In this document: positions 9,317 to 19,428 of the stretch, in pieces
Numbering within the stretch: position 1 is the stretch's first letter
Layout of the letters: every line of letters begins with the position of its first letter
From: Pirellulaceae bacterium
GTDB taxonomy: Bacteria; Planctomycetota; Planctomycetia; Pirellulales; Pirellulaceae
Length of the DNA: 64,000 nucleotides
Assembly (NCBI GenBank): GCA_041740495.1
Contig: JBGSLW010000345.1
Location: 1,431 to 65,430, forward strand
Direction of reading: 5' to 3'
Program-made: the position numbers and the translations under genes
The notes under the pieces: model-generated
Databases searched by the model: none
What the model was told of the DNA's origin: nothing
Seen by the model: only the letters and a program-made list of their open reading frames with translations

Positions 9317-11137
9317 GTGTCTCAAACCAAACGGATCGGAGGACCTTTCACAATGTACTCGAACAACCAAGGGCATTCGACCCACGGCGATTGTCAGAAA
9401 GGGGCGCCCCATTTCCTGACGCTGCGCAGTTGGCCCGCCGGGGTGCTGATCGCCGGCATGGGCGTGTCGTTTTTGCCGGATTTGGTTTCACCAGGTTCCC
9501 CTGCATTGCAAACGATCAGGATGTTGGGCCCTCCATTCTGCGGGGTATTGTTGTTGGGGTGGTGGCTCGCCGCTAGCCGAGCGCGTGGCGTTGAGCGAGT
9601 CGTCGTAATGATCGGACTTGCGTCCGCTTTCGCGGCGACTCTGATCGGAGCGGACCGTTCCATGCTGGGACTACCAACGATCGTTGTAACCCTGCCGATG
9701 GGTATGGCGGGCCTGGGCCTGGCGGGAATATTCGCGCGTCGCGTCCTGTCGTGGCGCCGCGCCGCGATCTTGGTGGTTTGTGCCGCGGTCGGATTCGGGT
9801 TTTCGCTGGCCTTACGTGGGGGCGGGGTGGTGGGTCAAACCGGCAGTCTGGTTTTGGATTGGCGTTTCCGTCCCTCGCCGGAACAGCGGCTTCTGGAATC
9901 GCAATCCATTGTGGAGACAACCTCGCGGAGCCCGAGCATCGTTGACCTTCAAGGTGAACAAGTGGCTCGGTGGCTGAGCCAACCCGATTGGCCAGGCTTT
10001 CGCGGCCCTGATCGAAACGCCACCGTTCCCGGAACGGCGCTTGCGATCGACTGGCAGGATCGCTCCCCAGAAAAAATTTGGCAGATCCCCGTGGGTTCCG
10101 GGTGGTCTTCGTTTGCCGCCGCCGGAGAACTGCTGTTCACGCAAGAACAGCGAGGGAAACTAGAAATGGTGGTTTGTTATTCGGCGACGGACGGGGCTGA
10201 AATCTGGTCTTGCGGAATCGAATCCCGGTTTGAAGACAGCATCGGCGGCCCCGGACCCAGGGCGACACCCACCATCGCCCACGGCGATCTATTTGTGCTG
10301 GGGGCCAACGGCCATTTGAAGCGAATCCAAGCGCGAGATGGACAGGCAGTGTGGACCGTCGATTTGCGCACGATCGCCCAACGCCAACCGCCTGGCTGGG
10401 GATTCAGCAGTTCTCCGCTGGTAGTCGATTCGTTGGTGATCGTCCACGCTGGAGGCCCCGGGAACTTGGGAACGTTGGCCTTTGATATCGCGGACGGTGC
10501 GCTCCGCTGGTCCGTGCCCGCGGGGGACCATTCTTACAGTTCGCCTCAGGCCTGCGAACTCTTTGGCGAGAAGCTGGTCTTGATGTTGACCAACCAAGGC
10601 TTGGACCTGATCGATCCACGGAACGGAGCCGTGCGATTGACCCATGCCTGGTCGGAGCAGGGTTACCGCTGCCTGCAGCCTCAGGTTATCGGGAGCAGTT
10701 CGGTTCTTCTCGCGAGTGCATCGGGTTCGCGATTGCTTGAGATTGCACAGAAAGAGAGCCAGTTGACCGCGGAAGTGCTCTGGACAAGCAAAGCGATCAA
10801 GCCCGACTTCAACGACCTGGTGGTGCACCAAGATCATGCCTACGGATTCGACGGCGCCATCTTCGCGTGCGTCGACCTCCAGACCGGTGAACGAGCTTGG
10901 AAACAAGGGCGATATGGCAAGGGACAAGTGCTGTTATTGTCCGAGACCGGGCAGCTTTTGATCGTCAGTGAACTAGGGGCGCTCATCCTGGCCCAGGCCG
11001 ATCCGACCCGACTGATCGAACTGGGACGGATCGAGGCGATTCCGGGGAAAACATGGAATCATCCCGTCGTCGTCGGCGACCGGTTGTATTTGCGGAACTC
11101 GACCGCCGCCGCATGCTTCCGGCTGCCATTGAAATAG
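9317..11137 (+). CDS. membrane-anchored PQQ-like (BamB/YncE-type) beta-propeller repeat protein
   Basis: 606-aa ORF with a GTG start after GAGGGGAG. Several N-terminal TM helices are followed by repeated propeller blades (ATDGAEIWS, ARDGQAVWTVD, IADGALRWSV, LQTGERAWKQ). Confidence 0.75.
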   Translation: MSQTKRIGGPFTMYSNNQGHSTHGDCQKGAPHFLTLRSWPAGVLIAGMGVSFLPDLVSPGSPALQTIRMLGPPFCGVLLLGWWLAASRARGVERVVVMIGLASAFAATLIGADRSMLGLPTIVVTLPMGMAGLGLAGIFARRVLSWRRAAILVVCAAVGFGFSLALRGGGVVGQTGSLVLDWRFRPSPEQRLLESQSIVETTSRSPSIVDLQGEQVARWLSQPDWPGFRGPDRNATVPGTALAIDWQDRSPEKIWQIPVGSGWSSFAAAGELLFTQEQRGKLEMVVCYSATDGAEIWSCGIESRFEDSIGGPGPRATPTIAHGDLFVLGANGHLKRIQARDGQAVWTVDLRTIAQRQPPGWGFSSSPLVVDSLVIVHAGGPGNLGTLAFDIADGALRWSVPAGDHSYSSPQACELFGEKLVLMLTNQGLDLIDPRNGAVRLTHAWSEQGYRCLQPQVIGSSSVLLASASGSRLLEIAQKESQLTAEVLWTSKAIKPDFNDLVVHQDHAYGFDGAIFACVDLQTGERAWKQGRYGKGQVLLLSETGQLLIVSELGALILAQADPTRLIELGRIEAIPGKTWNHPVVVGDRLYLRNSTAAACFRLPLK

Positions 11138-12012
11138 GACACCGTTTCGTCAGGAAGTGACAGGATGCGACATCGAATCTGGTCGTACAAACGGTTCGAT
11201 CAACTTGCCGTCCATCGTCACAAGACGCCGACACCGGACTATTGTGCTGTTTGTGCTTTCTGTGGCTGAAGAAACATGGACGGGGAAATCCGGCAATTCT
11301 GGCGGAGTGCCTCCGCCTGCTTCTCACTCGATTCGGCTGCCGACAGCGTACCCCTCCTAAAATGAGGTGCGCTCCAATACTGTTCGCGGCCTAACATTGG
11401 TGTACACATGTATAGTACTGGCGGTTGCGTCGGGGGGATCGGTGTCGCCGCTCCGCGGCTCTTGGTGAATCTAACGCGACCGACTCTGCGGGCTCGCGCC
11501 CGCAGCTACCGTCTGCCGTCGCTCCGCGACTTGGTCGAGCCAGACGGCTGCCCGAAGTGGTGTTCGAGCGTTTCGCCCATTCCTGGCCGATCTGGCGGTG
11601 CCCTTGCGAGCTGGGAACTTGTCGAAAAATCAGCCGCGTCGCGCTAGCGAGCGGTTTCTTCAGCCCCGGTATTGCCGGAAAACCGCCAGGCCGTTAGACC
11701 GTGTTTTCCAAATCACTCTCCCCCGGCGAGAGTCGGCCCGTTAAGGGCCGGAAAGGGCGAGATCGCCCCTCCCCGGACGCGTTTTCGGCCGACCCTCCCG
11801 TTTTTGGGAGGATAAATCCTACTTTGAAAACACTCTCTTAGCTTCGGCCTAGATGTGATTTGGCACCGACTCCCCCAGTCCTTGGGAGGGCAGCCTATCC
11901 CCCCAGCCCCGCAAGAGACGGCAGAGGTTAGCCAGGGGCTCAAGTCCCTGGCTAAAGACGGAAGTCCGCACCAGACTGAACAGGGGAGGAGTCCCGCGAG
12001 TCCCGTTGAAAA

Positions 12013-14946
12013 CTATTTGGCGGCCGGCGCCGTTTGTGGGACGTGGTGAGGCAGCAAGGCCTCTTGCTGGGCGTCGATTTGCTGATACTCTTTTTGCCAG
12101 GCCGAGGGCGTGGCGCAGCGTTGCACTTCGACCGCCGTGACTTTGTACTCCGGACAGCTGGTCGCCCAGTCGCTCAACTCGGTCGTCACCACATTCGCAC
12201 CCGATTCCGGGAAGTGGAATGTCGTGTAGACGACCCCGGGTTGCACGCGTTCCGTGACGTGGGCTCGCAACCGAGTCTCCCCGGCGCGGCTGGTCAGATG
12301 GATCCAATCGCCGTCTAGAATCCCACGTTCGACCGCATCCGCGGGATGGATCTCCAACTGATCTTCGGCGTGCCACACGACGTTTTCCGTGCGGCGCGTT
12401 TGCGCGCCGACGTTGTATTGGGTGAGGATCCTCCCGGTCGTGAGCAGCAACGGGAACCGCGCCGAGACCTTTTCTTTGGTCGGCACGAATTCAGTGACTA
12501 CGAACTTGCCCTGCCCACGCGTAAAAGTCTGCGTGTGCATGATCGGCGTTCCTTCCGGATGCGAATCATCGCACGGCCATTGGATACTCCCCAGGCGATC
12601 GAGCTTTTCGTAGGTCACGCCGGCGAATGTCGGGGTGAGCGCTGCGATCTCGCGCATGATCTCCGCTGGATGTTCGTAGTGCATCGGCGCCCCCAAGGCG
12701 GCCGCCAGACCGAGCGTCGCCTCCCAATCGGCTTTACCCGCCAGCGGTTCCATCACCTTGCGGACGCGCGAAATCCGCCGTTCCGCGTTGATGAACGTCC
12801 CATCTTTTTCCAGAAACGAAGAGCCGGGCAAAAAGACATGGGCGTATTTGGCCGTCTCGTTGAAGAAGATGTCCTGCACAACCAGGCACTCCAGATTTCG
12901 AAGTGCGGCCTGGACATGTTGGGTGTTCGGGTCGGACTGGGCGACGTCTTCGCCTTGGATGTACATCCCTTTGAACGTCCCGTCCACCGCCGCATCGAGC
13001 ATATTCGGAATTCGATAGCCCGGCTCGGCGTCCAATTCGGTCTTCCAAAACGCGTTGAACTGGCCCCGGACGACAGGGTCGGTCACCGAGCGATACCCGG
13101 GCAGCTCGTGGGGATACGACCCCATATCGCACGAGCCCTGCACGTTATTCTGCCCGCGCAGCGGATTCACTCCCACGCCGCTGCGGCCAATGTTCCCGGT
13201 GACCATGGCCAAGTTGGCGATCCCCATGACGGTCGTCGATCCCTGGCTGTGTTCGGTGACACCGAGTCCGTAATAGATCGCAGCGTTTCTGGCGGTGGCG
13301 TACAACCGGGCCGCGGCTCGGATCTGGTCGGCCGGCACGCCCGAGATTTCAGCGACGGTTTCGGGACTGTTCTCCGGACGCAGAATGAACTCGCGCCACG
13401 CCTGATACGCTGGCTGTTCGCAGCGGCTGGCCACGAATTCCCGATCCTCCAGCCCTTCGCTGACGACGACGTGGGCCAACGCGTTGATCATCGGCACGTT
13501 GGTTCCAGGGCGCAGCGCCAGGTGGTAGTCCGCCTGGACATGCGGTGTGCGGACCAAGTCGATGGCCCGCGGGTCGATCACGATCAGCTTTGCGCCTTCC
13601 CGCAGGCGGCGCTTCATCAGCGAGCCGAAGACCGGATGCCCTTCGGTCGGGTTGGCCCCCATCACGATGATCACGTCGGAATCGAGCACCGACACGAAGT
13701 CTTGCGTTCCGGCGGACTCGCCGAGCGTCTGTTTCAATCCGTAGCCGGTCGGCGAGTGACAGACGCGGGCGCAGGTATCGACGTTGTTGTTGCCGAATGC
13801 GGTGCGGATCAGTTTCTGCACCAGCCAAGTCTCCTCATTCGTGCAGCGGGAGGAGGTGATCCCGCCGACCGATTTCCGACCATATTCTTGCTGGATCCGG
13901 CGGAATTCGTTGGCCGCATAAGTGAACGCCTCATCCCAGGAGACTTCTTGCCAGGGGTCGTCGATGCTCTTGCGTATCATCGGCTTGCGGATGCGATCGG
14001 GGTGGGTGGCGTAACCCCAGGCGAAGCGCCCTTTGACGCAGGCGTGGCCGGCGTTGGCGCCCCCCGCCTTGTGGGGAACCATCCGCACCACTTCCTGACC
14101 TTTGACTTCGGCCAGAAAGGCGCACCCCACCCCGCAATAGGCGCAGGTCGTGGCCACCGTCCGCTCGGCCTGACCGGCGGCGATCAAGCTTTTTTCGGAC
14201 AGCGTCGCCGTGGGGCAGACCGCGACGCAGGCGCCGCAGGAGACGCACTCCGAATCCAGAAAATTTTCGCCGGCGCTGGCGGAGACTTTCGAATCGAACC
14301 CGCGGCCGGAAATCGTCAGGGCAAATGTTCCCTGCACCTCCTCGCACGCTCGCACGCAGCGGCTACAGACGATGCATTTGCTGGGCTCGAACGTGAAATA
14401 CGGATTCGATTCGTCTTTCGGCTCGGCGTGCTGCTGGTCGAAATGATTTTCACCCGCCATCCCGTAACGAACCTCGCGCAAACCGACGACCCCAGCCATG
14501 TCCTGCAATTCGCAGTTGCCGTTCGCGGTGCAGGTGAGGCAATCGAGTGGATGGTCGGAGATGTAAAGCTCCATCACGCCGCGCCGCAGATCGGCCAACC
14601 GCGAAGACTGGGTGCGGATCCGCATTCCTTCCTCGACCGGTGTGGTGCACGAGGCGGGGAAGCCGCGCCGCCCTTCGATCTCGACCAGACACAAACGGCA
14701 CGAGCCGAACGCGGCCAACGAATCGGTGGCGCAGAGCTTCGGAATCTTGATCCCCGCTTCGGCTGCAGCCCGCATCACGGAAGTTCCCCGCGCGGCCTGG
14801 ATCTCGATTCCGTCAATCGACAGCCCGACCAGGGACTCGACCTGGCGGACCGGTGGTGTACCGAAGTCCCCCGGTTGTCCAGGTCCGGTTGTCAGACTTA
14901 CGAGTTTGCTAGTGCTGCAATGACACGAATTGCATTGGCACGACAT
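12013..14946 (-). CDS. fdsA: NAD-linked formate dehydrogenase alpha subunit (molybdopterin; NuoG-like Fe-S N-terminus), Cys-type
   Basis: Has a 2Fe-2S motif (CATDSLAAFGSCRLC), multiple 4Fe-4S Cys clusters, and the molybdopterin oxidoreductase core with CARVCHSPTG (Cys where selenoprotein FDHs have Sec). ATG at 14946; the ORF is open to a GTG at 15009. Confidence 0.9.
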   Translation of the reverse strand: MSCQCNSCHCSTSKLVSLTTGPGQPGDFGTPPVRQVESLVGLSIDGIEIQAARGTSVMRAAAEAGIKIPKLCATDSLAAFGSCRLCLVEIEGRRGFPASCTTPVEEGMRIRTQSSRLADLRRGVMELYISDHPLDCLTCTANGNCELQDMAGVVGLREVRYGMAGENHFDQQHAEPKDESNPYFTFEPSKCIVCSRCVRACEEVQGTFALTISGRGFDSKVSASAGENFLDSECVSCGACVAVCPTATLSEKSLIAAGQAERTVATTCAYCGVGCAFLAEVKGQEVVRMVPHKAGGANAGHACVKGRFAWGYATHPDRIRKPMIRKSIDDPWQEVSWDEAFTYAANEFRRIQQEYGRKSVGGITSSRCTNEETWLVQKLIRTAFGNNNVDTCARVCHSPTGYGLKQTLGESAGTQDFVSVLDSDVIIVMGANPTEGHPVFGSLMKRRLREGAKLIVIDPRAIDLVRTPHVQADYHLALRPGTNVPMINALAHVVVSEGLEDREFVASRCEQPAYQAWREFILRPENSPETVAEISGVPADQIRAAARLYATARNAAIYYGLGVTEHSQGSTTVMGIANLAMVTGNIGRSGVGVNPLRGQNNVQGSCDMGSYPHELPGYRSVTDPVVRGQFNAFWKTELDAEPGYRIPNMLDAAVDGTFKGMYIQGEDVAQSDPNTQHVQAALRNLECLVVQDIFFNETAKYAHVFLPGSSFLEKDGTFINAERRISRVRKVMEPLAGKADWEATLGLAAALGAPMHYEHPAEIMREIAALTPTFAGVTYEKLDRLGSIQWPCDDSHPEGTPIMHTQTFTRGQGKFVVTEFVPTKEKVSARFPLLLTTGRILTQYNVGAQTRRTENVVWHAEDQLEIHPADAVERGILDGDWIHLTSRAGETRLRAHVTERVQPGVVYTTFHFPESGANVVTTELSDWATSCPEYKVTAVEVQRCATPSAWQKEYQQIDAQQEALLPHHVPQTAPAAK

Positions 14947-15067
14947 CGCGGAACTCCTCAAGATCGAAGCGACACGGAACCGATCCCAACGGCCGGCGGC
15001 CCCCACCACTTTGCTTTCTCCCGCGCAGCGGGGGAGAGAGAAAGTGAATAGTTTTCCAAATGGCTTC

Positions 15068-16624
15068 TTAGGAAGTGGCGTGGCCGTCGTCGGGCAGCCC
15101 GAAATCGCGGGGAAAGTGCTTCAAAGCGCTCAGCACCGGCGCGGGGATCAGCCCCCCCATCGCACAGAGCGAACCATACTGCATTGTATCGCACAAACTG
15201 CGCAAAAGCTCCAGATTTTCTCGTGGGCGAATGCCTGCACCGATCCGGTCGATGACCTCCACGCCGCGGACTGAGCCGATTCGGCAGGGAGTGCATTTCC
15301 CGCACGATTCCTCGGCGCAGAATTCCATGGCAAAGCGGGCCATTTTCTGCATGTCGACGGTGTCGTCGAAGACCACGATCCCGCCGTGCCCCAGCATCGC
15401 GCCGCGTTCGGCGAACGCTTCGTAATCGAGCGGCATGTCGAAATCGTGGGGGGGAATATAGGCTCCCAGGGGCCCTCCCGCCTGGATAGCTCGGATCGGC
15501 CGGCCGCTCGCCGACCCGCCACCAAAGTCGTAGAGCAAAGCATGCAGCGACATCCCAAACGCCTTCTCGACCAAACCGCCCCGTTGCACATTTCCAGCGA
15601 GTTGAAAGACGTTGGTCCCGCGGGAACGCCCCAAGCCGTAGTCGCGATAAAACGGGGCGCCGCATCCCAGAATGACTGGAATACTGGCCAACGTAATGAC
15701 GTTGTTGACCACCGTCGGCTGCCCGAACAAGCCGGAGATCGCCGGTAGCGGCGGCTTCGCGCGGACCTGACCGCGCTTTCCTTCCAAGCTCTCCAGCATC
15801 GCCGTCTCTTCCCCGCAGATGTAGGCGCCGGCTCCCAGTCGCACCTCCAGATCGAAACGACGTCCCGACTCAAAAATATTCTCGCCCAAGCCGCCGCGGC
15901 GATACGCTTCGGCGATCGCGGAGTTCAACGTCCGCCAGGCCCGCGGATACTCGGAGCGCAAGTAGATGTAGCCTTGGGTGGCGCCCACCGCCATGCCGGC
16001 GATGATCATCCCCTCGATCAGACAAAATGGATCCCCTTCCATCAGCATCCGATCGGCGAAGGTCCCCGAGTCCCCTTCGTCGGCATTGCACACGATGTAC
16101 TTCTGCTCGCCGGCGGCCCGCAACACGGTTTGCCATTTGATGCCGGTGGGGAACGCTGCGCCGCCTCGGCCGCGCAGCCCCGATTCGATCACCGTCTCGA
16201 CGATCTGTTCCGGCGGCATCTGCAAGGCATGGCGAAAGCCCGCCAATCCGCCGTGCGCCTTATAGTCTTCCAGCGAAAGGGGATCGGTCACTCCGACGCG
16301 AGCAAAGGTGAGTCGCTCCTGCCGTTTGAAATACGGAATATCCGCGGTCAACCCCAGCAGTTTAGGGTGCGCGGCTCCTTGCCAGAACTTCGCGGCGAAC
16401 AATTCGGGAATGTCCGCGACGTCAATCGGTCCATAGGCGACTCGACCTTCGGGTGTCTCGACCTCGACCAGCGGCTCTAGCCAGAACATGCCGCGCGATC
16501 CATTCCGGACCAAATCCAGCGGCAATTTACCCTCGGTCGCGGTCGCGGCAATCGCCGCCGCGACCGCATCGGCGCCCACCGAAGCAGCCGTGGTATCGCA
16601 GGGAACGTAGACGCGCGTCCTCAT
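15068..16624 (-). CDS. fdsB: formate dehydrogenase beta subunit / NuoF-like NADH-binding flavoprotein
   Basis: Motifs are GRGGAAFPTGIKW (FMN), CNADEGDSGTFADR and ESCGKCTPCR (4Fe-4S). Its ATG overlaps the stop of the upstream gene (ATGA). Confidence 0.9.
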   Translation of the reverse strand: MRTRVYVPCDTTAASVGADAVAAAIAATATEGKLPLDLVRNGSRGMFWLEPLVEVETPEGRVAYGPIDVADIPELFAAKFWQGAAHPKLLGLTADIPYFKRQERLTFARVGVTDPLSLEDYKAHGGLAGFRHALQMPPEQIVETVIESGLRGRGGAAFPTGIKWQTVLRAAGEQKYIVCNADEGDSGTFADRMLMEGDPFCLIEGMIIAGMAVGATQGYIYLRSEYPRAWRTLNSAIAEAYRRGGLGENIFESGRRFDLEVRLGAGAYICGEETAMLESLEGKRGQVRAKPPLPAISGLFGQPTVVNNVITLASIPVILGCGAPFYRDYGLGRSRGTNVFQLAGNVQRGGLVEKAFGMSLHALLYDFGGGSASGRPIRAIQAGGPLGAYIPPHDFDMPLDYEAFAERGAMLGHGGIVVFDDTVDMQKMARFAMEFCAEESCGKCTPCRIGSVRGVEVIDRIGAGIRPRENLELLRSLCDTMQYGSLCAMGGLIPAPVLSALKHFPRDFGLPDDGHATS

Positions 16625-17088
16625 CGGACCTTCTCCCGGCGGAGTTCTTGCAACAGCGCCTGGAGGCGCTCCCCGTCGACTCGGCCCAGAATGTCATCGC
16701 CGACGCGAACCGCTGGCGAGCAAGCGCAATTCCCCAGGCAATACACCGGTTCCAAGGTCACCGCGTCGTCACGGCTGGTTTGATGGTAGTCGACCCCCAA
16801 GGTCTGTTTGGCCAACGCCTCTAAATCGGCCCCCCCCATCGCCTGGCACGATTCGCCGCGGCAGATTTGCACGACATGCCGACCGGGTGGGGCCTGGCGA
16901 AAGTCCGCATAAAACGTGATCACTCCATAGACCTCGGCGCGGGAGATGTTCAACCCGTGGGCGATCAATGGAATCGAATCGGGCGGGATAAACCCGTACG
17001 CCTCTTGAACCGCATGCAAAATCGGCAGCAGCGCACCAGGGCGACGACTCTGTTCCGCGACAATTGATTCGATGCGGTTCGGATCCAT
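16621..17088 (-). CDS. fdsG: formate dehydrogenase gamma subunit / NuoE-like 2Fe-2S thioredoxin-fold protein
   Basis: ALLPILHAVQEAYGFIP, with Cys ligands in CRGESCQ and CLGNCACSPA. ATG at 17088 (MDPNRIE); an alternative GTG lies at 17121. Confidence 0.85.
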   Translation of the reverse strand: MDPNRIESIVAEQSRRPGALLPILHAVQEAYGFIPPDSIPLIAHGLNISRAEVYGVITFYADFRQAPPGRHVVQICRGESCQAMGGADLEALAKQTLGVDYHQTSRDDAVTLEPVYCLGNCACSPAVRVGDDILGRVDGERLQALLQELRREKVR

Positions 17089-17318
17089 CACCCAGTGTCC
17101 CTCTGAAATTGCGGCGCACACGAGAGTATAATCGGTTCAGCAACTCGAAGAAACACGCGAATCTGCAGAGTTCCGTTGAAACCGATGCCTACCTCCGACC
17201 AATGTGCAAGGCTGCTGCGGGCAGTCGCCGATCCTGACCGCCTGCAGATCGTCCGCGCGCTCCGAGAACGACCGCCTACCTGGAGCTCGGCTGTTGCCGC
17301 TTGGAATTTCGCGCGTAG

Positions 17319-17615
17319 TCAATCCGCGGACAAAAAATGCCGAACCAGCGCATCGCGTTCGGCCTGGATCGAGACGGTCGGCATCGGTTGGCCCGCCGCG
17401 CGATACCAATACTGGGCGTTCCCCAGATCCCCCTCTTCCCGGTGCAAGTGCGCATGAATCCAAGCTCCCTCCGCGCCGGTAAGTGCCTGAGCGTACTCGT
17501 GCGCCTCGTCCCACTCGCCCCGCACCGCGTGCCATAGCGCTCGCAAAGGCTGGGACAACCCCGGGGGAGGTTGGGGTTCCGTCGTACTCTGGTGGAATGT
17601 CGTCAGCTCCATCAT
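17319..17615 (-). CDS. small conserved-looking hypothetical protein (98 aa)
   Basis: ATG ATG start, no overlap with neighbours, helical-repeat-like sequence (WIHAHLHREEGDLGNAQYWYRAAG). I recognise no named motif. Confidence 0.45.
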   Translation of the reverse strand: MMELTTFHQSTTEPQPPPGLSQPLRALWHAVRGEWDEAHEYAQALTGAEGAWIHAHLHREEGDLGNAQYWYRAAGQPMPTVSIQAERDALVRHFLSAD

Positions 17616-17624
17616 GACGATGTG

Positions 17625-18335
17625 TTATTCGTCCCGCCCGCCCAAGAGTCCCGACCGGAGCAGGAAATAGACCAACGTCAAAAGTGTGCTGATCGCCGCC
17701 GCCACGTAGGTCATTGCCGCGGCATTGAGCACCGCATGGATTCCGCGTTGCTCGTCCGGACGGATGATCCCGGTTTCCAACACCAGGTACTTCGCGCGGG
17801 AGCTGGCGTTGAATTCGACCGGCAGCGTGACGATCTGGAACAGCAACATCCCGGAGAAGAGGATAGCCCCGGCCGCGACGATCCATTTTCCGACAAACGG
17901 CGAGCTGGCGACGAAAAACAACCCGACGAACATCACCAGATAACCCAAGCTGCTGCCGACCTGCGCGACGGGGACGATCGCCGATCGCCAGGCCAACGGC
18001 CAATATCCCCGCGCATGCTGGATCGCGTGCCCCGCCTCGTGCGTCGCGACGCCGACAGCGGCGATCGAGTTACTGGCGTAGACCGAGTCCGAGAGGGCCA
18101 ATTCCTTGGTCATCGGGTTGTAGTGGTCGCTGAGGTAGCCGTGGGTCTGGACCACTCGCACATCGTGAATCCCCGCCCCATCCAACAGCCGTTGGGCGGC
18201 TTGGGCGCCGGTCAAACCGCTGCGAACCGGGACGCGCGAGTATCGGTTGAACGCCGAGCGAACCGCCCAGCTCGCCAGCCCCGAAATCACCAGCGAGGGG
18301 ACCATCACGAGCAACAAATAGAGTGGATCAAACAT
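17625..18335 (-). CDS. YugP-family (Zn_peptidase_2) membrane zinc metallopeptidase
   Basis: MFDPLYLLLV N-terminal TM, an HEAGHAIQH zinc motif, and C-terminal TM helices. Length is 236 aa. Confidence 0.85.
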   Translation of the reverse strand: MFDPLYLLLVMVPSLVISGLASWAVRSAFNRYSRVPVRSGLTGAQAAQRLLDGAGIHDVRVVQTHGYLSDHYNPMTKELALSDSVYASNSIAAVGVATHEAGHAIQHARGYWPLAWRSAIVPVAQVGSSLGYLVMFVGLFFVASSPFVGKWIVAAGAILFSGMLLFQIVTLPVEFNASSRAKYLVLETGIIRPDEQRGIHAVLNAAAMTYVAAAISTLLTLVYFLLRSGLLGGRDE

Positions 18336-18518
18336 GTTTGTCGTTACTTTCCTGAACCTTCGTAAGCGTGATACGCCCGCTGGCCGTGGACCAACCTTGT
18401 GCCACTATGACACGGTCCGACGCGCGGGCTATTTATTCTAACGCAAAAACAGTGCCGAATGAACGCAATCGAGGGCGATTATCGGGCGATTCGCGCCGCA
18501 AACGCATTCGGCTGACAG

Positions 18519-19328
18519 CTAAACGTCGAAAGGCGACGCGATCCCGCCATTGGGCCGCACCCCCTGAATCGTGAGATAGCGCCGGGACCAGATGTCGATC
18601 ATGTCCGCGACGAACAGCACATCGCCCGGGTGTGCGACCAGCAGGTGGTCGGCGCCATCCACCGTGACCAAGGTTCTCGGACCGCGGACGCGCTGGAAGA
18701 TCCGTTCGGCATGATTCCAAGCCAGCGTCTCGTCAGCGGGAGAATGAAACGCGATCAAGGGGATCCGGACGGAGCTCAGTCGTTCGCCGAAATCGGTCTG
18801 CCGAAGAGTCTCCAGCATTTGTCGGGTGATGCGGTGCGACAAACCGCCGATCGTCACGTTCCCTTCGCCGTCGGAGTCGATGGCGGGGTTCATGCCGGAG
18901 AGCAATTCGGCCAGGTGCACTGTATCGGAGGGCGCTGCGATCGTCGCGATCGCGCGCACGGAGGAGAGGGAGGGGGCAGTCGCCAGGGCGGCGGCTCCCC
19001 CCAGGCTGTGGCCGATCAACAGTTGAGGCGGCTGGTACGACGTTCCGAGAAACTCGGCGGCGGCTCGGATGTCCTGCCGATTGGTCTGGAAGTTGGTCGC
19101 CGAAAAGTCCCCGGCACTCTCCCCCAGCCCTGTGAAATCGAATCGCAGCACAGCCAACCCGTGGTCGGCGAGCCGCCGACTGATCCGCACGATCGCCTTG
19201 AGATCCTTGGTGCAGGTGAAGCAAGGGGAGAACAGCGCGAAACCGCGGGGGTGCAACGGCAGCTCCAGGATCCCCGCCAGCTGTTGGCCGCGGCCATTCG
19301 GAAAGCGGACTCGGGTACTTTTTCGCAT
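18519..19328 (-). CDS. alpha/beta-fold hydrolase
   Basis: Internal ATG at 19328 (MRKSTRVRFPNGRGQQ) and nucleophile elbow GHSLGG. The ORF-track extension to 20105 runs through a non-coding repeat array and is not credible as protein. Confidence 0.8.
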   Translation of the reverse strand: MRKSTRVRFPNGRGQQLAGILELPLHPRGFALFSPCFTCTKDLKAIVRISRRLADHGLAVLRFDFTGLGESAGDFSATNFQTNRQDIRAAAEFLGTSYQPPQLLIGHSLGGAAALATAPSLSSVRAIATIAAPSDTVHLAELLSGMNPAIDSDGEGNVTIGGLSHRITRQMLETLRQTDFGERLSSVRIPLIAFHSPADETLAWNHAERIFQRVRGPRTLVTVDGADHLLVAHPGDVLFVADMIDIWSRRYLTIQGVRPNGGIASPFDV

Positions 19329-19428
19329 GATGGAATCGTCCGGCGAGGGCCGCTTGAGTTTCTGGGCCTTGGGTTGTCGGATCCTGGGACTGTCCCAGGA
19401 TACCAACGCGCGTGGATTCCTGCCTCCG

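Noticed and set aside
11840-11990. RNase P RNA fragments (GGCCTAGATGTGAT and GGAAGTCCG resemble M1 RNA segments)
   Set aside because: The two bits are in the wrong order and spacing. The universally conserved GAGGAAAGUCC and ACAGAA.CCGGCUUA elements are absent on both strands.
12013-14946. Selenocysteine-containing formate dehydrogenase
   Set aside because: The ORF is uninterrupted and the catalytic position is encoded as Cys (CARVCHSPTG).
12346-15051. 901-aa plus-strand ORF, with similar long ORFs at 20632-22932 (-), 24745-26274 (-), 27737-29194 (-), 32729-34453 (+), 2549-3772 (-) and 60841-63117 (+)
   Set aside because: Each lies antisense to a gene with unmistakable motifs (FDH alpha, activator/kinase, rpoD, EF-G, pepF, cyclophilin, rpoC). 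Their translations are Arg/Gly/Pro/Asp-rich low-complexity strings, typical of stop-poor antisense frames in high-GC DNA.
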